From Utricularia gibba (taxonomy: Eukaryota; Plantae; Magnoliophyta): a DNA stretch of 23,156 nucleotides. The stretch covers positions 1-23,156 of the forward strand of contig NEEC01000213.1 of the NCBI GenBank assembly GCA_002189035.1, given 5' to 3'. The notes under the pieces were generated by a model, which did not search any database, was not told the DNA's origin, and was given only the letters and a program-made list of their open reading frames with translations. A program made the position numbers and the translations under genes. Below, piece after piece: positions 1 to 8,450 of this stretch. The stretch's first letter is position 1. Each line of letters starts with the position of its first letter.

Positions 1-230
1 AATTTTAGAGACTCGATGGGCCATTCTTCGATCAGCGTCCTACTATCTAGTTCAAACTCAAAGTCACATTATTCTTGCACAATTTCGTATGAATGAATAT
101 GGGATATGATCCGTTGGAAGCCCAAGTGTTAGAGAATTTTACTGAATCTGCTGAGCAAGGGTTGTGAGTTCATAACAGCTGTTGAAACCTCTCCAGGGTG
201 GTGTGCTGGCGTGATGAGCTTTCTACAATG
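1..230 (+). pseudogene. PIF/Harbinger transposase C-terminal relic (copy 1, cut by window start)
   Basis: Three-frame reading ILETRWAILRSASYYLVQTQSHII / LHNFV*MNMGYDPLE / FITAVETSPG..WRDELSTM. This copy has extra single-base losses. Confidence 0.8.
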
Positions 231-246
231 ACAAAAAAAATATTTT

Positions 247-1144
247 ATAATCATGTGATATATGTTTATTAAAATATAAATAATGTAAATACGTTAGTTA
301 TTAAAGCATATACTACATGTGAAAGTTTCTTAGTTTTTAATTTTATTAGCATTCGACCCTTAGTTATACTTTGGATGGAGTGTGCATTTTTATTTAATCA
401 TTTTAATTAGCATTCGATCCTTGGTTAAGATTCCAATCGAGTGTATATTTTTTATTTGAACGATTCTATTTGCATTCGATTCTAAGATATGATGCGGATC
501 GAGCGTATATTTTTTATTTTAATATTTTTATTGGCTTTTGGTCTTTAGACATGATTCGGATCGAGTGGAGATGGTTTACTTGAAACTTGTGTTAACGCTC
601 GATCCTTAGGAGCAATGTGGAGCGTGTTTACATTGCAAGGGCACACGGGCGTGGGTTGTGCGTAAACCACGCCCGTGTGGCATGGCATTGTAATGTATAC
701 ACGTTCTAAATTGCTCCTAACGGTGGAACGCTAATTAAGATTTAAAATAAATGAATATGCACTCGATCCAAAGTATACCTAAGGATCTAAGGCTAATAAA
801 AATATGAGAGTGAAAAATATACGCTCGATCCGCAGCATACCTAACGTTCGAATGCTAATAAAAAATATTAAAATAAAAAATACGCGCTCGATCCGCATTA
901 TACTTAAGGATCGAATGATAATAAAAATATTTAAAGTAAAAAAATAGCAAATATGATCTGAATCATAACCAAGGATCGAATGCTAATTAAATTGACTAAA
1001 GTAAAAATACACACTCCATCCAAAGTACAACTGAGGATCAAATGGTAATAATTAAGTCAAAGAAGCTTTCACAGTTATCCTACGGTTTAATAAATAATGT
1101 ATTTCAATTATTTATAATTTAATAAACCTATATCATATGATTAT
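247..1144. mobile_element. Foldback/MITE-like long inverted repeat with ~62-bp modules (copy 1)
   Basis: 247-305 vs reverse complement of 1086-1144 match 52/59. Perfect inverted blocks: 367-384/1010-1027 (18 nt), 403-427/966-990 (25 nt), 642-654/667-679 (13 nt). No coding capacity, and no intact termini or TSD seen. The IR is certain; the TE origin is inferred. Confidence 0.8.
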
Positions 1145-1147
1145 GAT

Positions 1148-1303
1148 TAGAGATGGGCCTGGGTTGGATCCATTCAGGTTCGGACCCAACCCGATGAAAT
1201 TCTGGGTATTACAGTTTGCATGACCCATGGGGTTGTCTTTCTGTTCAACCCGAACGGGTTAAACCTACGGGTTTTGATTGGGCCCGAACCGAACCAAGGG
1301 TTT
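1148..1303 (+). mobile_element. Orphan hAT(Ac/Ds)-like terminus with subterminal motifs (copy 1)
   Basis: Starts TAGAGATGGGC, resembling plant hAT TIRs such as Ac (C/T)AGGGATGAAA. Followed by dense AACCC(G)/(C)GGGTT/AACCG motifs. No matching opposite TIR in the unit. Confidence 0.55.
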
Positions 1304-1357
1304 ATCAATTTTATTTTTATTTTTGGCTTATTGTATTTTATGGTTGTTTTCTTTTTT
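1304..1357 (+). repeat. T-rich low-complexity tract (present in every unit)
   Basis: ATCAATTTTATTTTTATTTTTGGCTTATTGTATTTTATGGTTGTTTTCTTTTTT; strongly strand-biased; run lengths vary between copies. Confidence 0.8.
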
Positions 1358-1368
1358 CCACGGCCGTA

Positions 1369-1450
1369 TGGCCTTGTGGCTGCTGCTCGAGCACGCGGGC
1401 ATTAACCAAGCCCATGTGGCCTCGTGGTGCTGCTGCGTATGCACACGGGC
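1369..1450 (+). repeat. Degenerate ~49-bp direct duplication (present in every unit)
   Basis: TGGCCTTGTGGCTGCTGCTCGAGCACGCGGGC (1369-1400) vs TGGCCTCGTGGTGCTGCTGCGTATGCACACGGGC (1417-1450). Confidence 0.7.
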
Positions 1451-2299
1451 TGGGGGTCGCGCCGGGCATGAGCCCAAAGTCAGTTTTAGCCCGGCGAAAA
1501 AAGGGATGCATTTCTTAGCGTTGGGTTATCACGAGCCGCCTAATTTTTTTTCGTGGAACACCATCTAGTTTTGTGGGGGGCGCTCTCGAGGGCCCTTGGC
1601 TTGGGCCCCGGGTTCGGTCTGGCTGATGAGCCCACTCTGGTCCCACTCGGCGAAAATCGTGACACATTTGTTGAAATTAGGATGTCACGTGCACCCAACA
1701 CGGTTTTTTCAACACACGCTTTATACTTGTGGAGACGCTCTCGGGGGCACTCGAATCTTCCCATACGTCGTACCAGGCTCGAGCGTAAAGTCATTGTAGC
1801 CCGGCAAAGAAAGTGATGCATTTATTAACTTTGGGTTGTCACGAGCCGCCTAAATGGTTTTCCATGGAACACCTTCTAGTTTTGGGGGGGAGGGGAGCGG
1901 GCGCTGCGCCTCGTCCGGGCCCCGGGAGCCCGGTCCCGTCCGACTCGACGAAAATCGTGATGCATTTGTTGAAGTTAGGATGTCACGAGAACCGCACACG
2001 GTTTTTTTCAACAACACACTTTATACTTAAGGAGGAGCTCTCGGGGGGCACCCTGATCGAGCCGGAGGTCGTGCCGAACTCAGGCCCAAAGTCAGCAGTA
2101 GCGCGCCAAAAAAAGTGATGCATTTATTAACGTTGGGTTGTGACGAGACGCGTATATGGTTTTTGAAGGAACACCTCCTCGTATTGAGGCGGGCGCTCTC
2201 GAGGGGCCCTTGGCCCGGGCCCCGGGTTCGGACGGGCTCATGGGCCCACTCGACGAAAATCATGATGCATTTGTTGAAATTGGGATGTCACGTGCACCC
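1451..2299 (+). repeat. GC-rich sub-array of alternating A/B ~150-bp monomers (copy 1)
   Basis: Monomer heads GATGCATTT/GACACATTT at 1505, 1661, 1815, 1959, 2117, 2264 (spacings 156, 154, 144, 158, 147). A-type reads ..ATTAAC.TTGGGTTGT.ACGAG, B-type ..GTTGAA.TT.GGATGTCACG. Partial monomers at both ends. Confidence 0.9.
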
Positions 2300-2306
2300 C
2301 ACATTT

Positions 2307-2554
2307 GTTGAGCGAGGACGGCCAATTTTAGAGACTCGATGGGCCATTCTTCGATCAGCGTCCTACTATCTAGTTCAAACTCAAAGTCACATTATTCTTG
2401 CACAATTTCGTATGAATGAATATGGGATATGATCCGTTGGAAGCCAAGTGTTAGAGAATTTTACTGAATCTGCTGAGCAAGGGGTTGTGAGTTCATAACA
2501 GCTGTTGAAACCTCTCCAGGGTGGTGTGCGTGGCGTGATGAGCTTTCTACAATG
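2307..2554 (+). pseudogene. PIF/Harbinger transposase C-terminal relic (copy 2)
   Basis: VERGRPILETRWAILRSASYYLVQTQSHII / LHNFV*MNMGYDPLE / CEFITAVETSPGWCAWRDELSTM. Matches the plant Harbinger (DDE_Tnp_4, HARBI1-like) pattern ERxFGxLKxRWAILRS.S.Y....Q..II.ACCLLHNF.R......DP.E....VE.S..W..WRD.LA..M, recalled from family knowledge and not from a search. Confidence 0.85.
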
Positions 2555-2570
2555 ACAAAAAAATATTTTT

Positions 2571-3468
2571 ATAATCATGTGATATATGTTTATTAAAATA
2601 TAAATAATGTAAATACGTTAGTTATTAAAGCATATACTACATGTGAAAGTTTCTTAGTTTTTAATTTTATTAGCATTCGACCTTAGTTATACTTTGGATG
2701 GAGTGTGCATTTTTATTTTAATCATTTTAATTAGCATTCGATCCTTGGTTAAGATTCCAATCGAGTGTATATTTTTTATTTGAACGATTCTATTTGCATT
2801 CGATTCTAAGATATGATGCGGATCGAGCGTATATTTTTTATTTTAATATTTTTATTGGCTTTCGGTCTTTAGACATGATTCGGATCGAGTGGAGATGGTT
2901 TACTTGAAACTTGTGTTAACGCTCGATCCTTAGGAGCAATGTGGAGCGTGTTTACATTGCAAGGGCACACGGGCGTGGGTTGTGCGTAAACCACGCCCGT
3001 GTGGCATGGCATTGTAATGTATACACGTTCTAAATTGCTCCTAACGGTGGAACGCTAATTAAGATTTAAAATAAATGAATATGCACTCGATCCAAAGTAT
3101 ACCTAAGGATCTAAGGCTAATAAAAATATGAGAGTGAAAAATATACGCTCGATCCGCAGCATACCTAACGTTCGAATGCTAATAAAAAATATTAAAATAA
3201 AAAATACGCGCTCGATCCGCATTATACTTAAGGATCGAATGATAATAAAAATATTTAAAGTAAAAAAATAGCAAATATGATCTGAATCATAACCAAGGAT
3301 CGAATGCTAATTAAATTGACTAAAGTAAAAATACACACTCCATCCAAAGTACAACTGAGGATCAAATGGTAATAATTAAGTCAAAGAAGCTTTCACAGTT
3401 ATCCTACGGTTTAATAAATAATGTATTTCAATTATTTATAATTTAATAAACCTATATCATATGATTAT
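2571..3468. mobile_element. Foldback/MITE-like long inverted repeat (copy 2)
   Basis: Near-identical to 247-1144. Confidence 0.8.
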
Positions 3469-3471
3469 GAT

Positions 3472-3628
3472 TAGAGATGGGCCTGGGTTGGATCCATTCA
3501 GGTTCGGACCCAACCCGATGAAATTCTGGGTATTACAGTTTGCATGACCCATGGGGTTGTCTTTCTGTTCAACCCGAACGGGTTAAACCCTACGGGTTTT
3601 GATTGGGCCCGAACCGAACCAAGGGTTT
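3472..3628 (+). mobile_element. Orphan hAT-like terminus (copy 2)
   Basis: TAGAGATGGGC at 3472; same motifs as copy 1. Confidence 0.55.
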
Positions 3629-3777
3629 ATCAATTTTATTTTTTATTTTTGGCTTATTGTATTTTATGGTTGTTTTCTTTTTTCCCACGGCCGTATGGCC
3701 TTGTGGCTGCTGCTCGAGCACGCGGGCATTAACCAAGCCCATGTGGCCTCGTGGTGCTGCTGCGTATGCACACGGGC

Positions 3778-4631
3778 TGGGGGTCGCGCCGGGCATGAGC
3801 CCAAAGTCAGTTTTAGCCCGGCGAAAAAAGGGATGCATTTCTTAGCGTTGGGTTATCACGAGCCGCCTAATTTTTTTTCGTGGAACACCATCTAGTTTTG
3901 TGGGGGGGCGCTCTCGAGGGGCCCTTGGCTTGGGCCCCGGGTTCGGTCTGGCTGATGAGCCCACTCTGGTCCCACTCGGCGAAAATCGTGACACATTTGT
4001 TGAAATTAGGATGTCACGTGCACCCAACACGGTTTTTTCAACAACACGCTTTATACTTGTGGAGACGCTCTCGGGGGGCACTCGAATCTTCCCATACGTC
4101 GTACCAGGCTCGAGCGTAAAGTCATTGTAGCCCGGCAAAGAAAGTGATGCATTTATTAACTTTGGGTTGTCACGAGCCGCCTAAATGGTTTTCCATGGAA
4201 CACCTTCTAGTTTTGGGGGGGAGGGGAGCGGGCGCTGCGCCTCGTCCGGGCCCCGGGAGCCCGGTCCCGTCCGACTCGACGAAAATCGTGATGCATTTGT
4301 TGAAGTTAGGATGTCACGAGAACCGCACACGGTTTTTTTCAACAACACACTTTATACTTAAGGAGGAGCTCTCGGGGGGGCACCCTGATCGAGCCGGAGG
4401 TCGTGCCGAACTCAGGCCCAAAGTCAGCAGTAGCGCGCCAAAAAAAGTGATGCATTTATTAACGTTGGGTTGTGACGAGACGCGTATATGGTTTTTGAAG
4501 GAACACCTCCTCGTATTGAGGCGGGCGCTCTCGAGGGGCCCTTGGCCCGGGCCCCGGGTTCGGACGGGCTCATGGGCCCACTCGACGAAAATCATGATGC
4601 ATTTGTTGAAATTGGGATGTCACGTGCACCC
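3778..4631 (+). repeat. A/B ~150-bp monomer sub-array (copy 2)
   Basis: Near-identical to 1451-2299. Confidence 0.9.
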
Positions 4632-4638
4632 CACATTT

Positions 4639-4887
4639 GTTGAGCGAGGACGGCCAATTTTAGAGACTCGATGGGCCATTCTTCGATCAGCGTCCTACTA
4701 TCTAGTTCAAACTCAAAGTCACATTATTCTTGCACAATTTCGTATGAATGAATATGGGATATGATCCGTTGGAAGCCCAAGTGTTAGAGAATTTTACTGA
4801 ATCTGCTGAGCAAGGGGTTGTGAGTTCATAACAGCTGTTGAAACCTCTCCAGGGTGGTGTGCGTGGCGTGATGAGCTTTCTACAATG
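4639..4887 (+). pseudogene. PIF/Harbinger transposase C-terminal relic (copy 3)
   Basis: Same three-frame reading; full middle frame LHNFV*MNMGYDPLEAQVLENFTESAEQG. Confidence 0.85.
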
Positions 4888-4904
4888 ACAAAAAAAATAT
4901 TTTT

Positions 4905-5803
4905 ATAATCATGTGATATATGTTTATTAAAATATAAATAATGTAAATACGTTAGTTATTAAAGCATATACTACATGTGAAAGTTTCTTAGTTTTTAATT
5001 TTATTAGCATTCGACCCTTAGTTATACTTTGGATGGAGTGTGCATTTTTATTTTAATCATTTTAATTAGCATTCGATCCTTGGTTAAGATTCCAATCGAG
5101 TGTATATTTTTTATTTGAACGATTCTATTTGCATTCGATTCTAAGATATGATGCGGATCGAGCGTATATTTTTTATTTTAATATTTTTATTGGCTTTCGG
5201 TCTTTAGACATGATTCGGATCGAGTGGAGATGGTTTACTTGAAACTTGTGTTAACGCTCGATCCTTAGGAGCAATGTGGAGCGTGTTTACATTGCAAGGG
5301 CACACGGGCGTGGGTTGTGCGTAAACCACGCCCGTGTGGCATGGCATTGTAATGTATACACGTTCTAAATTGCTCCTAACGGTGGAACGCTAATTAAGAT
5401 TTAAAATAAATGAATATGCACTCGATCCAAAGTATACCTAAGGATCTAAGGCTAATAAAAATATGAGAGTGAAAAATATACGCTCGATCCGCAGCATACC
5501 TAACGTTCGAATGCTAATAAAAAATATTAAAATAAAAAATACGCGCTCGATCCGCATTATACTTAAGGATCGAATGATAATAAAAATATTTAAAGTAAAA
5601 AAATAGCAAATATGATCTGAATCATAACCAAGGATCGAATGCTAATTAAATTGACTAAAGTAAAAATACACACTCCATCCAAAGTACAACTGAGGATCAA
5701 ATGGTAATAATTAAGTCAAAGAAGCTTTCACAGTTATCCTACGGTTTAATAAATAATGTATTTCAATTATTTATAATTTAATAAACCTATATCATATGAT
5801 TAT
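4905..5803. mobile_element. Foldback/MITE-like long inverted repeat (copy 3)
   Basis: Near-identical to 247-1144. Confidence 0.8.
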
Positions 5804-5806
5804 GAT

Positions 5807-5963
5807 TAGAGATGGGCCTGGGTTGGATCCATTCAGGTTCGGACCCAACCCGATGAAATTCTGGGTATTACAGTTTGCATGACCCATGGGGTTGTCTTTC
5901 TGTTCAACCCGAACGGGTTAAACCCTACGGGTTTTGATTGGGCCCGAACCGAACCAAGGGTTT
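5807..5963 (+). mobile_element. Orphan hAT-like terminus (copy 3)
   Basis: TAGAGATGGGC at 5807. Confidence 0.55.
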
Positions 5964-6113
5964 ATCAATTTTATTTTTTATTTTTGGCTTATTGTATTTT
6001 ATGGTTGTTTTTCTTTTTTTCCACGGCCGTATGGCCTTGTGGCTGCTGCTCGAGCACGCGGGCATTAACCAAGCCCATGTGGCCTCGTGGTGCTGCTGCG
6101 TATGCACACGGGC

Positions 6114-6967
6114 TGGGGGTCGCGCCGGGCATGAGCCCAAAGTCAGTTTTAGCCCGGCGAAAAAAGGGATGCATTTCTTAGCGTTGGGTTATCACGAGCC
6201 GCCTAATTTTTTTTCGTGGAACACCATCTAGTTTTGTGGGGGGGCGCTCTCGAGGGGCCCTTGGCTTGGGCCCCGGGTTCGGTCTGGCTGATGAGCCCAC
6301 TCTGGTCCCACTCGGCGAAAATCGTGACACATTTGTTGAAATTAGGATGTCACGTGCACCCAACACGGTTTTTTCAACAACACGCTTTATACTTGTGGAG
6401 ACGCTCTCGGGGGGCACTCGAATCTTCCCATACGTCGTACCAGGCTCGAGCGTAAAGTCATTGTAGCCCGGCAAAGAAAGTGATGCATTTATTAACTTTG
6501 GGTTGTCACGAGCCGCCTAAATGGTTTTCCATGGAACACCTTCTAGTTTTGGGGGGGAGGGGAGCGGGCGCTGCGCCTCGTCCGGGCCCCGGGAGCCCGG
6601 TCCCGTCCGACTCGACGAAAATCGTGATGCATTTGTTGAAGTTAGGATGTCACGAGAACCGCACACGGTTTTTTTCAACAACACACTTTATACTTAAGGA
6701 GGAGCTCTCGGTGGGGCACCCTGATCGAGCCGGAGGTCGTGCCGAACTCAGGCCCAAAGTCAGCAGTAGCGCGCCAAAAAAAGTGATGCATTTATTAACG
6801 TTGGGTTGTGACGAGACGCGTATATGGTTTTTGAAGGAACACCTCCTCGTATTGAGGCGGGCGCTCTCGAGGGGCCCTTGGCCCGGGCCCCGGGTTCGGA
6901 CGGGCTCATGGGCCCACTCGACGAAAATCATGATGCATTTGTTGAAATTGGGATGTCACGTGCACCC
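6114..6967 (+). repeat. A/B ~150-bp monomer sub-array (copy 3)
   Basis: Near-identical to 1451-2299. Confidence 0.9.
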
Positions 6968-6974
6968 CACATTT

Positions 6975-7223
6975 GTTGAGCGAGGACGGCCAATTTTAGA
7001 GACTCGATGGGCCATTCTTCGATCAGCGTCCTACTATCTAGTTCAAACTCAAAGTCACATTATTCTTGCACAATTTCGTATGAATGAATATGGGATATGA
7101 TCCGTTGGAAGCCCAAGTGTTAGAGAATTTTACTGAATCTGCTGAGCAAGGGGTTGTGAGTTCATAACAGCTGTTGAAACCTCTCCAGGGTGGTGTGCGT
7201 GGCGTGATGAGCTTTCTACAATG
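6975..7223 (+). pseudogene. PIF/Harbinger transposase C-terminal relic (copy 4)
   Basis: Same as copy 3. Confidence 0.85.
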
Positions 7224-7241
7224 ACAAAAAAAATATTTTTT

Positions 7242-8140
7242 ATAATCATGTGATATATGTTTATTAAAATATAAATAATGTAAATACGTTAGTTATTAAA
7301 GCATATACTACATGTGAAAGTTTCTTAGTTTTTAATTTTATTAGCATTCGACCCTTAGTTATACTTTGGATGGAGTGTGCATTTTTATTTTAATCATTTT
7401 AATTAGCATTCGATCCTTGGTTAAGATTCCAATCGAGTGTATATTTTTTATTTGAACGATTCTATTTGCATTCGATTCTAAGATATGATGCGGATCGAGC
7501 GTATATTTTTTATTTTAATATTTTTATTGGCTTTCGGTCTTTAGACATGATTCGGATCGAGTGGAGATGGTTTACTTGAAACTTGTGTTAACGCTCGATC
7601 CTTAGGAGCAATGTGGAGCGTGTTTACATTGCAAGGGCACACGGGCGTGGGTTGTGCGTAAACCACGCCCGTGTGGCATGGCATTGTAATGTATACACGT
7701 TCTAAATTGCTCCTAACGGTGGAACGCTAATTAAGATTTAAAATAAATGAATATGCACTCGATCCAAAGTATACCTAAGGATCTAAGGCTAATAAAAATA
7801 TGAGAGTGAAAAATATACGCTCGATCCGCAGCATACCTAACGTTCGAATGCTAATAAAAAATATTAAAATAAAAAATACGCGCTCGATCCGCATTATACT
7901 TAAGGATCGAATGATAATAAAAATATTTAAAGTAAAAAAATAGCAAATATGATCTGAATCATAACCAAGGATCGAATGCTAATTAAATTGACTAAAGTAA
8001 AAATACACACTCCATCCAAAGTACAACTGAGGATCAAATGGTAATAATTAAGTCAAAGAAGCTTTCACAGTTATCCTACGGTTTAATAAATAATGTATTT
8101 CAATTATTTATAATTTAATAAACCTATATCATATGATTAT
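7242..8140. mobile_element. Foldback/MITE-like long inverted repeat (copy 4)
   Basis: Near-identical to 247-1144. Confidence 0.8.
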
Positions 8141-8143
8141 GAT

Positions 8144-8300
8144 TAGAGATGGGCCTGGGTTGGATCCATTCAGGTTCGGACCCAACCCGATGAAATTCTG
8201 GGTATTACAGTTTGCATGACCCATGGGGTTGTCTTTCTGTTCAACCCGAACGGGTTAAACCCTACGGGTTTTGATTGGGCCCGAACCGAACCAAGGGTTT
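8144..8300 (+). mobile_element. Orphan hAT-like terminus (copy 4)
   Basis: TAGAGATGGGC at 8144. Confidence 0.55.
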
Positions 8301-8450
8301 ATCAATTTTATTTTTTATTTTTGGCTTATTGTATTTTATGGTTGTTTTTCTTTTTTTCCACGGCCGTATGGCCTTGTGGCTGCTGCTCGAGCACGCGGGC
8401 ATTAACCAAGCCCATGTGGCCTCGTGGTGCTGCTGCGTATGCACACGGGC

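Noticed and set aside
345-1049. CRISPR array (regularly spaced ~62-bp partly palindromic repeats)
   Set aside because: Repeats are degenerate, the intervening sequences are similar AT-rich spacers and not unique, orientation flips at the centre, and there are no cas genes.
345-1049. Bacterial/plasmid origin with iterons and GATC (Dam) clusters
   Set aside because: No rep gene or DnaA-box array is evident; GATC is simply part of the module motif, and the neighbouring sequence is a plant-type transposase relic.
1529-1568. Helitron 3' end (hairpin + CTAG|T) explaining rolling-circle tandem amplification
   Set aside because: CTAGT occurs three times per unit, but the only upstream stem (CACGA...TCGTG) is 5 bp with a long loop and belongs to the monomer consensus; no convincing terminal hairpin or 5' TC boundary.
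1559-1568. CCATCTAG as the right TIR of the hAT-like element
   Set aside because: Does not match the expected GCCCATCTCTA, is part of monomer A1, and has no 8-bp TSD matching the left flank (ATTATGAT).
1-2323. The unit as an intact autonomous transposon or a novel self-replicating element
   Set aside because: No intact transposase, Myb/SANT partner ORF, Rep/helicase, RT or paired termini; every component is truncated.
3586-3594. Telomere repeat or telo-box (AAACCCTAC)
   Set aside because: Single imperfect occurrence per unit, better explained as one of the AACCC/GGGTT subterminal pairs.
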